The notes below the pieces were generated by a model. The model saw only the letters and a program-made list of their open reading frames with translations, ran no database searches and was not told where the DNA came from. 64,000 bases of DNA from Octopus vulgaris (lineage: Eukaryota), in the NCBI GenBank assembly GCA_951406725.2, contig OX597833.1, positions 8,618,001 through 8,682,000 on the forward strand, in the 5' to 3' direction. Of the stretch, positions 26,202 to 40,445 are shown piece by piece. The position numbers and the translations under genes were made by a program. Every line of letters starts with the position of its first letter. The stretch's first letter is position 1.

Positions 26202-27906
26202 TACATACACACACATGCACCTATATATTTATGTGTGCATATGTGTATATATGTGTGCATTTTCAGCTGCCTGGTGTAGATAAGTGAGTCTATTTGTTGT
26301 AAATTCAGTTAATCTTTCACAATAAACAAGTTATCTACCACCCACCACCCACCCACCCACACACACCAGCTCCATAAATAAACTATTGTCTCAACAAACT
26401 CCAAGATATATATTTCGTTTAAAACCTAACGAGTGTTCTCTTAATTACTGTGGGTTTCTTAACTTGAAGCTTGTTCCACTGTCACAACAAACTCACTTCT
26501 CTTTCATTTTCATTAAGATCTGTCTTAATATTAAATGCTAGCCACGATGTTATTTGAAGTCAAGTGTTCTAATTAGGTGTGTTTTAAATAGTCTTAATGA
26601 GTATGTCTTAACCCAAGTGTGTTATTAATGTATGAGGGGACATGGTCCAGTGATGAGACTGTTTTTGGTTCCTGAACTGGGCTGCGTGTTGTGTTTTTGA
26701 GCAAGAAACTTCACCCTGTGTGGGTCACCTGTACAGCAATGTCAATTTAATGAAAGGAGGTGAGTTAATGTGTAACACAAACATTTGATAAACAATTCAT
26801 CTGTATAAATTGTTCAGCACGAAATTATAGAACTCTCGTTTGTAAACAACAGGAAAGTCCATGATTAATTACTGCATTTTAAGAGAATGTCTTAACGGTG
26901 TCTCATCTAGAGTATCTTAAAATGTTGGTTTAACGTCCACTTTTCTGTGCTTGCATGGGTTAGGTGGGTTCTCTGCAGCTAGATGTTCTGCCTGGTGCCA
27001 ACTCTCACTTGTCTCCGAGCAAGCTAATATTTCCCCATGGCTGGGCGTATTTACGACAAAGACTTGAAACAGAGCCACCACTTGTATGAGAGTGAAGCTC
27101 ATTTATAACAACCGTGTGATGTCAACTCAGGGAGATAAACATGTACACACGTATGTGGTCCAGAGTTCAAATCCTATCAAGTTCAAATTTGGTTGTTATT
27201 CTTCCAGGGTCTATAAAATAGAGTTGCTGTCAAGAAGCGATGGTGATTTACCATTCCTTTAGAGCATCTGAGATCATCTTCATCATCATAATTATCAGCA
27301 CCATCCCCCCCAACAACAACAACACACCCATCCTCATCATCCTCATCATTTACTGTGCATCTTCCATACTGACCTGGGTTGGATGGTTTAACAGGATCCA
27401 AGGGGTCTGGGGACCACATATTGCTCCAATATCTGTCCTGGCACTTCAGAGTTTCCAGCTGTTTTCATAAGGGTCAAGTCACATTACTTTTGTGATTGCC
27501 TTGAATTGGGGACGGCAACTAAAGGTAACTGGGTTACATTTGTGTGACTAGGGGTTAGTTTTACTTGGTGGTGATGGTGGGGGGTGTCTACCTTTCAGTA
27601 ACATCATGCATGATTGGGTTGGTACTGTACATTAAGGATCATATGTTTAGGACAGTGTTGTTGATTAGGGGTCAGTTTTATTGATTGTGGTGTGTGTGTA
27701 TGTGGGTGGGTGGGGGACATGTTCGGGACTCTGCTATTGTTTAGTGACCTCAGTTAATACTTGAGCCCCATACAGAAAATAAAATGTGGTGGGTTAATTG
27801 ATAATTTCCCTGACATCTACCTCCCCACAACTCTCTCTCCCAGGAAAGAGAATGGAGGAGGAAGGTTATGTGTGTGTGTGTGTGTGTCTGTGTGTGCATG
27901 TGTGTG

Positions 27907-27941
<35 letters not shown>

Positions 27942-28114
27942 AACCATGTGGGCTGTTGGCAATTTTTTTCCTCCGTCTTCCTTTTCTCTTGGACTTTCTT
28001 CGGACTCCTGTTTCGGAAGAAGAACTTTCCTCAAAACAACACCCTTTCTTTCTTTCTCTGAACATCTTATTAATGCTTTGCATGTACCATGTCCTCCCAT
28101 TGTTGTTTTTTCCC

Positions 28115-29382
28115 TGTCGCCATTTTATATTTTTACTTTCACGGATTGTTTGTTTTTGATTTTGTTAACTGCACAGTATAGTAGGGTCAGTTGGGCACCA
28201 TCTGTGAGAAAAACAGCACCATGACGCAATTCACTCTGCCAGGAATTTGGAAATGACCATGCTATACTGTTTGACATTCATGCTGGAAGCTTCAATACAA
28301 ACATTTCAGAGTGTTTGGGTGTCAATCTGGGGACAGTGCAAAGGATTCAGAAAGAGTTGGTCATTATGAAGGTATGGCAGCTCAGAAAACTCACTCTGGT
28401 TGTTCTGATAAGAAAAGGACTCCTGAATTTGTTGGTGAGATCCAGGCCATGATTGACAATAGTCCCTCCAAGTCAAACAGGTCCATTGTCAGGGACATGG
28501 GGGTGTCTGAGTTTCTTATCAGGTTGGTAGTGCATGAAGACATTCAGTATTCCTTATGAAAGATGAGAAAAGGTCAATTTTTATCCCTAGGCATCAAGGA
28601 CAAGAGGAAAGACCATACTACGAGGCTTTTGAACAAACTCAAGCAACCCCTCCAACCAAACATGCTTTGGCTTTTCTCAGATGAGAAGAATCTCTGCCAG
28701 GATCAGATGGTGAACACAGAGAACAACCGTTGGCTTGCTGTGTCCCCCAAAACATGTGCCGAGAGTGATAAACATCAAACATCCAGTCAACAGCATGGTG
28801 TTTGGAATGATTACAAGTGATGGCAATGTTATGCCTCCATTCATATTTCCACACGACCTCAGACACAACACGGAGGCCTACATCAAGTGCCTGGAGGAGG
28901 TAGTGCTGCCCTGGATCAAGAGGGTGGCTGCTGGAAGACCCTACGTCTGGCAACAGGATTCTGCAACATGCCAAACAAGCAGGAGAGCCCAGTCATGGCT
29001 GTCAGACAATTGCTGTGACCACATCATCCCTAACATCTGGCCACATAACTCCCCAGACTGCAACCCCCTTGATTATTATGTGTGGGACGCAGTTGAGCAA
29101 GAGACCAGCAAAACTCCTTGTAACACCAAAGATGAAGTGAATACAAGGATTGTGGCAGCATTCACCAATTTAATTAAGGAGACCGTCCAGAAGACTTGCA
29201 GAAGACTCCGAAGTCTTCTGGAGGTCGTGGTTGAAGCCAATGTCGATTTTATTGAATAAATTTACTCTTTAGTATTTCAAGGTATTTTTTTGTAATTTTG
29301 GTAAATATATCTGTTAAAATGAGATGTCAGTGCTATTTTCATTTCTGCATAATTTAGATAGCAATTTATTCACCACACCCTG
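28115..29382 (+). mobile_element. maT (DD37D) Tc1/mariner transposon, near-complete but frameshifted
   Basis: FSDEK (D1), QQDSA (D2) and SPDCNPLD (D3), with exactly 37 residues between D2 and D3. The 3' TIR ...cacaccctg is followed by TA. ORF pieces at 28311-28559, 28563-28820 and 28735-29259. Confidence 0.9.
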
Positions 29383-29702
29383 TATATATATATACATACA
29401 CACACATTAGATAGATAATGTGTGTTGATAAAGTAAAAATGTTATCAGCTTTTTGTCTAATTTTATTATCTTGAGAGGGTCATTAAGCCAATGATACACA
29501 CACACAAATTGAGTCTATTTCATTTGTTTATTTTGTTAGTTAATTAACTAATTGTCTCTAATTCAACCAATTATTATTTAATAAGATTTAAAAAGAAACA
29601 TCTGGGTTTTCGAAAGAAACCGTTAAAACTGTTTCAGCATTTCTCGGAAGTTACCACCATTGGCTGATTTAATCTCTGTAGCACTTTCAAGAGCTTACTG
29701 TC

Positions 29703-29811
<109 letters not shown>

Positions 29812-30652
29812 CAATCTTTTTCTATTGTAACATGTTGAGGGTTTGCTTTTTGTTTAAGCATTTCACTTCAATCTCCTTTGTTTTCTCCGATTTGGTCTTA
29901 TCATTGTTGTTGTTGTTGTGATGGTGGTGGTGGTGGTTTACTGTGTTCTTTTGTCACAAGTATTGAATTCAGTGGTGGGGGTTGTTATTGTCACTTCGCA
30001 CCACATCCCCCCACTTCTGTTTTAGTGTTTTTGTGAGGAGCCAGTGACTTTCTGTCAGTGCAAGGGTTAAAGGTGGTGGTGGTGGTGGTGGTGGCTGGGG
30101 CAGTTGATTAAAGGTGTAAAACAGAGTCGGGGCACCGAGGAGCCAACACCAATATGGAAGCTAACAATAAGCAAATCAGTTTGATTGGAAAATTAAGTGA
30201 CAGTGCAATGGTGCGGGCAACAAAAATGGGTCACATTTCCCACAGACCCTGTTTTCAGGTATGTGTGTGGAGATAACTAGACAGAAATGCAGGTGTGTAC
30301 ATGAATGTACACACACATGCTTGTTTGTGCACACGATGTGTATATATGTGCACACGTGTGTGATAATATGCTTGTGTTGGTCTTTCTCTCTCTCTCTCTC
30401 TCACACTAATAATCATGCCAAGGACCTATAACCCTTTAAGGGATGTTTGCATTTCCATACCCAATTAGTTCAATTAGAGAAATTAAATTAAATTGAATTA
30501 ATTTTAAATTTTAAAACTGAAACTGGTTATTTGGGTATTTCATTTGGGTATTCATCCAGAAGGGAGTTACATTCCAACATGTTTTTTGAGCTCACCACAG
30601 ACTCAGAGATGTGCATTTTGGTAATGTATGTATTTTAAAAAAGCGTTATGAG

Positions 30653-30683
<31 letters not shown>

Positions 30684-30684
<1 letters not shown>

Positions 30685-30838
30685 GGGAGAGTTTACAAAA
30701 AAAACAAAAGACGAAGACAGGTGGTGTACAAAACAAACAGATGTATTAGTATAACGCTCAGGAATAGAAAAAGTCTTTTACGTTTCGAGCCTACGCTCTT
30801 CTACAGAAAGGGACACAGAAAAAACAAGGAGAGAAAAA
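30684..30838 (-). mobile_element. Penelope-like pLTR remnant (second family) with variant hammerhead motif
   Basis: Abuts (TA)n. Minus strand reads cttt-CTGTAGA-a-gagc gtag gctc-GAAAC-GTA-aaag at 30775-30810. Confidence 0.55.
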
Positions 30839-31911
30839 ATTTAATGCTTTATGCTAAAGTGTGAATATATTGAGCCCTAATGACTGGTGATTAGCACTGC
30901 TATTCCTTAGTCGAATCATAATGTGTGTGTGTAGATTGGAAGTAGGGGGGAAAAAAACCAGGAGCAATTTTAGGTTATGTAGAAGCATGACTTGACCTTT
31001 GGAGACATATTGAATGACCTCCATTCTGCTGATCTCCATAAAACTCAAGTTTCACTGAAAAATGTGAACCACATCTAGCTGTGTTTAATTAAGATGTGAT
31101 GATGAATACAAGATGAGAGAGAGAGAGAGAGATTGTGTGAGAGAAACAAAGAAAGAGTGGGGGGGTAGAGAGATGTGGATTATCTTAAGTTTATTCTCAG
31201 TCATGGACCCTCCAAGAGCCCTTTATCTTAAGGTGACCACTGACATGAAATATACTTAAAACTACATTTTTTTCCTTTTTTTTTCTTTGACTTGTGTCAG
31301 TGGAACGGAGACAAACTGTTTTCAAATACATGAAACACCAAAATCTGTATTGAGTGCTACTTTCTTGTGTTTGTTCATTCACTTGTGGCCATGCTGGGGT
31401 ACTGCTTTGCAAGTTTTAGTTGAAAAAATTGTCCCCCAGCACTTGTTTTAAGTGTGCTACTTTTCTGAACAGCTAAGCTACGAGGACAAAAACAAACCAA
31501 CACCAGTTGTCAAATGTTATGGAGATAGACACACACACATGCACACACACACACACATGTATGAGTTTCCATATAATTTCTGTTTAACAATTCTACTCAC
31601 AAGGTATTGATTGGCTGAGGGCTGTCGTAGAAGACACTGGCCCAAGGGGGCACATACTGGAACTGAACCCCAAACAATACGGTCGTGAAGTGATCTCCGC
31701 ACATTTCCATAACTTTTCCAAGTTAGAAGGACAGAACTTTGCTCATTTAATTCCCAGGGTCTCCGAATATCTGTGGTTGGTACCGAGGTAGTTGATCAGG
31801 GATGTATTTGGAATTATGACTAGCCAAGGGTCAGACTGAGTGGACACAGAACAACAGCACAACCTCAACTACTACTGTTTACCTGAGATTACATAATAAT
31901 AATAATAATAA

Positions 31912-32190
31912 TCGTCGTCATTTAACGTCTGCTTTCCATGCTAGCATGGGTTGGACAGTTGACTTGAGGGCTGGCAAGCCAGGAAGTTGCACCAGTCTCC
32001 AATCTGATCTGACAAGGTTTCTACAGCTGGATGCTCTTCCAAATGCCAACCACTCCGAGAGTGTAGTGGGTGCTTTTTACGTGCCACCAGCACGGGTGCC
32101 AGTCAGGCGGCACTGGCATCGACCCATGCTTGAATGGTGCTTTTCAGGTGCCACCAACACAGGTGCCAGTCAGGCGGCACTGGGATCAGC
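31912..32190 (-). mobile_element. SINE-like family C copy
   Basis: Reverse-complement core plus head units. Confidence 0.8.
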
Positions 32191-32895
32191 CGCAACAACA
32201 ATAATAATAATAATGATAATCCTTTCTATTGTAGGCACAATGCCTGAAATTTTGGTGGAGGAGACAATTAAATTGACCCCCAGTGCTTAATTAGTAACAA
32301 TTTCATTAAGGATGAGAGGCAAAGCCAACCTTTTTGGGGGATTTGAACCCAAAATGCAAGGCCTGAAGAAATGCCACTAAGCATTTTGTCTGGCACCGAG
32401 ACAGTTTTGTCTGCTTGCTGATGATGATGATGATGATGATTTAGGCACAAGGCCAGCATGTTTTTTTTTTCTTTTAAATAGGGGATTAGTCAGTACAATT
32501 GATCCCAGTAATTGACTGGTAGTATATGTTATTGACCCAAGGTGGACAAAGTTGATCTCAGCAGAATTTGAATTCAGAAACATAAAGAATAGAAATTTAA
32601 ATAATAATAACTTAATACCCATTTTCCATGCTGGCATGGGTTAGATGGCTTGATAGGGGCTGCACGACCATTTTGGCTGGATGTCCTTCCTAATGCCAAC
32701 TACTTTACAGAATGTACTGGGTGCCTTTTACGAGTCACCAGCACTCACACCAATACTTTTCAAGTGGCACCTTGGTTTTAGGATCTCCACTCTGTTGTGG
32801 TGGGCAGGTCTTCTTGCACCATTCCCTTCCATTAGAGACACAACAATGCCTTTGTCAGTTTTAATGACTTGTGTACTCCACTGATTATCTTTGAT

Positions 32896-33256
32896 ATTTT
32901 ACTTGTCTCCATCATTAGACTGTGGCCATGCTGGGGCACTGCCTTGAAGAGTTTTTAGTCAAATGTATCAACACCAGGACTTATTATGTCCCGGAACTTT
33001 TCAGTTTGGCAAACTGCAAAGTTATGGGACATAAACACACCGAAACCTTTCGTTAAGCAGTGGTGGGAGGATAATCACAGACACACAGACACACACACAC
33101 ATAAATATACACATACATATATACAACAGGATTCTTTCAGTTTCCGTCAGCCACATCCACTCATAAAGCTTTGGTCAGCCCAAGGTGCCACACAGTGGGT
33201 CTGAACCCTGAACTTTGTGGTTGGGAAGCAAGCTTCTTACCACACAGCCATGCCTG
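32896..33256 (-). mobile_element. SINE family A, decayed copy
   Basis: Reverse complement of family A. Another decayed copy lies at about 31345-31700. Confidence 0.7.
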
Positions 33257-33484
33257 TGCGTGTGTGTGTGTATTCTGCCATTTGGCAATGGTTGTTGGTT
33301 TGTTTACATTCCTGCACTCTTGTGGTTCAGTGGAAAGAAACCAAGGCTAGAAAATATGAACTTTTGATTTTATTCAATAAACTCCTTCGAGGGAATGCTC
33401 CAGTATGGCCACAGCCTAATACTGAAGCAGGTAAAAGAATACACACACTTCCTCTCTCCCTCCCTCTCTCTTTCTCTCAGTTTG

Positions 33485-33525
<41 letters not shown>

Positions 33526-33603
33526 GCACTGTCATATGTCAACTTGTTAGCTGACAATATCTCCAGTCTTATCAGTTTCTAGGACAACTATTTTTTTTCA
33601 AAT

Positions 33604-33906
33604 CCACCACCACCACCACTCCAACCACTGCATCACCACCACCACCACCACCACTACTCCAACCACTGCATCACCACCACCACCACCACCACTACTCCAA
33701 CCACTGCATCACCACCACCACCACCACCACCACTCCAACCACTGCATCACCACCACCACCACCACCACTACTCCAACCACTGCATCACCACCACCACCAC
33801 CACCACTACTCCAACCACTGCATCACCACCACCACCACTACTCCAACCACTGCATCACCACCACCACCACCACCACTACTCCAACCACTGCATCACCACC
33901 ACCACC
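33604..33906. repeat. ~38-bp minisatellite (ctccaaccactgcatca+(cca)n), 8 copies
   Basis: Eight near-identical units seen directly. Confidence 0.9.
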
Positions 33907-35921
33907 GCTACAATCAACACAACCACCCCCCCACCGCCACACTATTGTGTGTCCTGGAAGTTTAAGCAATAAATGTTTGTTCCCACAGAACTCAATGGAG
34001 TTGCTGTAATTTACCCCCCCCCCCACTCTCTCTCTCTCTCTCTCTCTGTCTCTCACACACACACACAATGCCACACATACACATACACAACCCTGTACAT
34101 CTGCTTTCACATTTGCCACCAATCAATCCCCCCCCTTTAAACACACACTTATAATGTTAAAAAGACTTAACCAACAGTATCACTAGCGTTATGTGATGTT
34201 GTGACATTCATCTTCTTTCCATTACTGTTCAAATCACATTATTTCCTCTTGACCCAAATGCTACAACTTGCACTGGTGATTAACCCCTAAATCTCCCCCA
34301 TAAATAACTCTTCACCCAGTCCTTTGTTAACCCTGTAACCCCAGAAATGGTTGTAAAAATACCTTTGAAGCCCCATGTTTGCTTCATGGCTACATGTGGA
34401 TATCTAATGAAAGATGTTGGATTTAAAAGCTAAAGCTGAATTGTGTGTGTGTGGCAGGGGCGGATTGTCAATTGGATGAGTGGAGATAGAATTTAAGAAG
34501 GACAGAACAATGGATCTTTAATGACAAGAATACAGTTTTGGTGTCAAGTAATGGGCTTTTGTAATGAATGGTCTAACAGGAAGTTTTAAGAGAATCTTGG
34601 TCGGAAACTGAGATTGTTGTATCTCGTGAAAAACTTTCAAATCTTGGATAATTAATAACATCCAAGAACTGAAAGTCCAATCTCTATAAAACTAATTAGA
34701 TTAGATCAATATTGATTTCTATAAAAGCCCCCTTCCTGCTATGAAACACTGTCAAAGACTTTGGTGATATTAGAGTTGTTGTGGAGTGTGACCCCCAGGG
34801 ATTGATGTATTGCCGTTGTTTGTAAAGGTGGCAAAGCATTTGTTAGTGAAAGAATATTTTGAAAATATGGACAGCAGCAAATTTGCTGATTGAAAAGATT
34901 CAATGAAGCGTGAATGTCTGCATGCGTGTGCACACATGTGCGTATGCAAGTATTTTGAGTTATTGTTGAGTGTCAGGATTAAAGAAAATTGAGGGGTCAG
35001 GTGATAGTGGTGGTGAGGTGACGGGGGGGGGGGGGGTGACCAGGTAGGAAAAAAATAGACAAACCAGCTGTGGAAGGGGACTGGAGCTGGTGTAGGAAGA
35101 ATATGGGGTAAGCAAATATAGGGAGATAGAGAGAGAGGAGAGAGAGAGAGAGAGAGCATAAGAAAAGGAGAAACCGGCAGATAGAAAAGGATACAACAGG
35201 GTGCGGGGGGTGGGTGAATAAACCAGTTTCTTTTCATGGAGTTGTGTTATTCTCTTAAATCAAAAGATATCATGTGTGTCTACCCCCTTCCACACCACCA
35301 TAGCAAACTTTATGTGAGATTAACTATAAAAAGGGAAACACAAACGCACATACATACACACACCCGAATACAATGACAACAGTTGTCTATAGAAATTGTA
35401 GTAAATCCAGATTTGTTGGTTTTATGGAAGAATAGAAAGCATTGGAAACTAATACAGATTTAGTGATCCGCTTGAATGATTTTGTGTGTCTGCATATGAA
35501 AGGGAACAAGAATCAATAAATGAACCGTTTCATGATTTCTGAGGTGACTGCATTAAATGAACGCCACTGACTTGATTCCCTCCACTGCTCGTTCAACCAT
35601 GACCCACACCAATGAACAAACACTGGGAAAATATCGACATTGATCATGGTCGTCGTTAACGTGATTAATATAAGGAGCAGTAAACCTTTTGATGTCAACC
35701 TGGCTGAGATTGACCCTGCCTCTGTGTTTGAAAGTGAGCGAGAAAGAAAACCCTCGCCATCAGAACTTCATTTATGTTTCTCCAGCTGAATTGGGAAGGT
35801 TTTACTAAACCCTTCAATATTTCCAAAATTAATCGAAACCAAGACAATGTATTTCAACAGAAATAGGGCAACAAAAGGGTTAAAACTTGTTCTTGCCCCT
35901 TTTAAACCCCTTTAATAGTAA

Positions 35922-36116
35922 CCCTTTCAGATTGCCTTTGCTCTGATGTAAATTTCCTACATTCAAGTCTAATAAATTAAAACATTCACTAAAATTTCAC
36001 TTATATTCCACAAACCAGCTTAATAACATTAAAGCAATTATTACTAAATTAGTGATTATTTTCAAATTTACTTGAAAGAAAGGCAATCTTTCATTAGAAA
36101 TGGGGAAATGAAAGGG
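35922..36116. mobile_element. piggyBac-type MITE (decayed)
   Basis: CCCTTTC...GAAAGGG|TTAA termini, related to 58606-58825. A partial copy ends at about 35883. Confidence 0.6.
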
Positions 36117-36665
36117 TTAAACGGTTGGGTAGAAGATATATGGATAGGATTAACATAGGTTACATAAAGCATTAAGTAGTTAACTAGTTCTAAGAGTTAA
36201 TATATTTGATGTAGAGAGTGAAATGGTAAAACCATTTCAGCATCAGAAAGTAAGAATGACTTACAATGTTTATTCTGGATCTTGATGTTCTAAGTTCAAA
36301 TTCTACCAAAGTTTAAGTTTTTGTCATTCACCCTTTTGGAATCAATAACAGGACAGGGTTGATTCTGTCTCCTTATCTCTGGCCCCACCTTATCCTCCTC
36401 TCTCTGTCACTGGATAAATTGGCTGAGTTAAAGGACTTTTCTTCTCAACCATGTGGCTTCAGGTTCAGTTCCACTGGGCTCACTATCAGCACACACACAC
36501 ACAATTGGTGTGGTTGTATAGTTAAGAACTTTGCCTTGCAACCCTGTGGTTTTGTTATCGGTCCCACTGCATGGCACTTTGGGTAAGTATCTTCTCCTAC
36601 AGCTCCAGGCCAACTGAAACCTTAGGACTGGATTTGGCAAGTGGGAACTAAAAAAGCCATATATT

Positions 36666-36702
<37 letters not shown>

Positions 36703-36704
<2 letters not shown>

Positions 36705-36851
36705 TTTATTTAAAGCAGCAGAAAATTCAACAAAACCTGTTACTCTGAGTTTCCCGTTGCCGTTCATCAGACAGTTTTTGCATATTACTCTACAACTGGT
36801 ATTTGAGTACTCTTTTTTCCACCTTGTTTCACATTATGTGTTTACTCCAGT
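36703..36851. mobile_element. Penelope-like pLTR remnant with internal inversion
   Basis: Same family as 4216-4421. The two halves are in opposite orientations and flanked by (TA)n. Confidence 0.7.
36732..36778 (-). ncRNA. Minimal type I hammerhead ribozyme with intact core
   Basis: Minus strand reads aaaactgt-CTGATGA-acg GCAA cgg-GAAA-ctc a gag-TA-acaggtttt, with a GUA cleavage triplet. Confidence 0.75.
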
Positions 36852-36863
36852 ATATATATATAT

Positions 36864-37240
36864 ATCATCATCATCATCATCATCGTTTAACGTCCGTTTT
36901 CCGCGCTAGCACGGGTTGGACGGTTCGACCGGGGTCTGGGAAGCCAGGGGCCGCTCCAGGCTCCAGTCTGATCTGGCAGAGTTTCTACGGCTGGATGCCC
37001 TTCCTAACGCCAACCACTCCGCGAGTGGAGTGGGTGCTTTTTACGTGCCACCTGCACAGGGGCCGGGGGGTCCGGCATCGGTCACGATCGGTTCGAGCTT
37101 TTAACGTGCCAGCGGCACGGGAGCCAGCCAAGGCGGCGCTGGCAACGTTCGGATGGTCTTACTGGCACAGAGGCCAGTCGGGGCAGCGCTGGCATCGGCC
37201 ACGTTCGGATAGTACTTTTTATGTGCCACCGGCACAGGCA
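36864..37240 (-). mobile_element. SINE-like family C copy
   Basis: (CAT)n tail, core and rearranged head units. Confidence 0.85.
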
Positions 37241-38393
37241 TCATAACTTTGATATTGATATTTATTTCGACATATATATATATATATATATATATGGGGG
37301 GGTGGAGGGGGTCTTGCTGGATGTTCAGAATCAGTGATGTCACACAAAAGGCCTTGCTTGAAGGACAGGAGCTAGGGAGGTCATGTGAGCAGAAGACTGA
37401 TTAGTGTGGGTCTCTTTTGCTTTTGGACTGTCATTCAGGACAAACATGTTGGCCACATGAGTTGAAAGGACTGGCCAGAGGTTAGGTAGGTGGGGGCACT
37501 CACAGATAAACCCTGTCTGGAAAGGATCAGTGTTACGAGAGGACCCGCAAGATAGGTGAGCTACATTGTCTCCCTATATAACACAGTATATAAGTGTGTG
37601 TGTGTTTGTTTGTGTCCCTTTGTCTTGTTGTTCTGCACTCAGTCAAATTAGACATCAATGATTGTTTGTTTGCTAGCTGCTGTGGGGAAACATGTTCACC
37701 CATGCCATTGTGCTGTTTGTGCTCAAAGGATTAGGGGAAATATTACCTTACTTGGAAACAGGCATGGATGAGCGACAGGAAGAGCATCCAGTCGTAGAAA
37801 ATTTACCTCAACCAATTATGACTGACCCATGCAAGCATGGAAAAGTGGACGTGAAAACAACGATTATGTATGTACATATGTATATTCATGTGTGTAAATA
37901 TTTATGTGTGTGTGTGTATATATATTTATGTATTGGAAGGTTTGGAGATGATGTACAGGTATTTTGTATTAGAAGAAATGAGGTACTCGGAAAATCGGAT
38001 GGTTTATATTTACAGATATTTATTTGTATATTACATGTTTTTATACATCATATAACTTAGATCATGTATGTATGTATGTATGTATGTATGTATGTATGTA
38101 TGTATGTGTGTGTGTGTGTGTGTGTGTGCGTGCGTGTGTGTGTTTAGTAGCTTCCTCTGTCTCGTAATTTTCACTGCTAAATCATTGGCTGACCTGGCAA
38201 TATGGTAGAAAATATTGGTTCAAGGTTGTTATTACGATGATAATGGTGATGATGATTATGGTGATGTTGGGTTAAGAGAATCATTTCAAAGACATCTTGT
38301 TTATTTCTGTTAATAAAGAATTTTTTTTTTCCTGCCAGCCACAGTAACTGAGGTTCTTGTTTCAATATTATCATCTCTAAAGAAAACCTACAT

Positions 38394-38424
<31 letters not shown>

Positions 38425-39199
38425 TAAAAACCATCCTTGTCTGTCTGTCCGGCTGTTTGGTTATTTATTTATTTATTTATTTACTGCTTTTTAAAACTGA
38501 TCTTCTCTTCTTTACTGTGTTATCAAGATAAAGGGAGCCCCACCACCACCACCGCTCTCTTGCAACATTTCCACTACTACTACTACTACTACACACAGGA
38601 CCAACCTTGTCTGTCTGTGTGTCTCTCTGTTTGACTTGAGCCAGTTAACATCATTACTATAGACAACATCTTCCATCACCACCACCACCACCACTACCAA
38701 CACCATCTCCTCTGTGAAATATATAAAGATATTTTTATTGTACACACACACACACACCAGCTCCCTCACTCATTTGACCCCTATTCTCAGTGTGAATTAA
38801 GGAGGTCAAACTTGTTACTGCAGGTATTTAGGCTAGCCACAGAGTTGTATACATACTGGTTATTGTATACACACACTAGTTGTATATGTAATAGTTATAT
38901 ACACAGAAGTTATTATATACACACACTAATAATTATATACACAAAAGTAATTATATACATGAAAGTAATTATATACATATTAATTATATACGTTGTAGAG
39001 TTATTATATAGACAGTAGTTATTTAACACACTCTGGCTTACTGTGTTTAACTGCCTCACTGACAAATTATATACACTTGCACACACATGCATGCACACAA
39101 TGTATGTTTAATATCTGCAATGACCCCACCACCAAGTTTTATCAGTCCCCTGATTTGGTGTTTAATCCTTGGTCAGCATGAAGGATGGAGCGGGAGAAA

Positions 39200-39850
39200 G
39201 AAAGGGTTGCCAATAGGGAGTCATTGTCAATCTTCCTTCTTGAACTCTCTCCATCCGGCCATCTTCTCTCCCCCCCACCGCCAACCAGAAAGGTCACGGG
39301 GGTGGGGGGTAGAACCCTTAGGCATCTCCTCCTCCTCCTCCATAGGATCCTATCAGAAGCAACTGTCATTAGACTCTCCGGTTGGATTCCCAGGCACGAC
39401 CGAGACTCTCTGAGGACCAAGTGCTTGAGATGCTGCCTTACCGTGCCAGTACCTGCAATTCTCGCATCCAGTTCATCCTCCTGCACTCTACCATCGCTTG
39501 TGAGTACAGCTCCAACACATACCTCCACTTGTTTCAGTGATGTCTCCTTAACATCCAGAATTAGAAAAACACAAAATATTTCGTTGCTGGCCTTGCGATA
39601 GAAAATTGGTTTTGGCGACATTCATGGCTGTTGCCTTTTTTTCAGACAAGAGAAAGGAGGACAACAAACCCATGGCCGTCCCCTTTCAGCCACAACTGAC
39701 ATCATTTCATGAGAGACAATTCTTCTTTTCTTCCAGATTTAACTTCTTGTTACACTTCCCCTTCTGCCATTTATCATCAGTGAGCAAACCAGGGTCCGTA
39801 GATTTACCTCCAGCAGGGGACAGGCGATGTGCTTCCTGCCTGCATCTCTA
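39200..39850 (-). mobile_element. RTE-clade LINE reverse-transcriptase remnant
   Basis: SLKQVEV..GAVLTSDGRVQEDELDARIAG resembles the RTE region following YADD. Heavily decayed. Confidence 0.6.
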
Positions 39851-40228
39851 AAGATATTTCAGTAACATTCTGATCAGTTTTTTTTGGCTTTTACCAGGAA
39901 TATTTTGCTCAACAATATCAAAATATCATCATTGGTTTAAAGACCTTATTTTCGCAGAAGATTGAAATTAAAGAACACTGCTTAGATAACAGTCACACTC
40001 GTTTACAACTATCATGCGATGTCAAGATAAGGACACACACACATGCATGATGGGCTTCTTTCAGTTTCCATCTACCAAATCCACTTTCAAGGTTTTGGTC
40101 AGCCCAAGGCTACAGTAGAAAACACTTGCCCAAGGGTTGCTGCTCAGTGGGACTGAATTCAGAAACATTTGATTGAGAAAAATGCTTCTTACCACAAAAC
40201 CATGCTTATATATATATATATATATATA

Positions 40229-40403
40229 TAGGAGGGGGTACCCAAAAGATGCTGGAGTTTTGCAATATTGTTTCATTCACTTAGTTTTAGATGTTTACAC
40301 TTTTATTGCCTTCAAAATATTCTTTGTTTTGAAGCAATGCATCGGCCCAGACACGTTTTCCATTGTCGGAAGCAATGCTGGAACTCTGGTGAAGTGATGC
40401 CAT
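40229..40403 (-). mobile_element. Mariner 3' end fragment
   Basis: FQHCFRQWKTCLGRCIAS / EYFEGNK, then a TIR-like gagggggtacccaaaa next to TA. Confidence 0.65.
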
Positions 40404-40445
40404 TTAACACCTACACATGTATACTTTACACACATATATGTTGCA

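Noticed and set aside
30154-30258. ATG-led segment ending in a strong donor (CAG|gtatgt) as an alternative first exon
   Set aside because: The ATG frame ends in phase 0, which is incompatible with phase-1 exon 2, and it has no signal peptide. It might still be a non-coding exon.
33604-33906. Pro/His/Thr-rich mucin-like stalk exon
   Set aside because: The 38-bp period is not a multiple of three and no flanking splice sites fit. It is a simple minisatellite.
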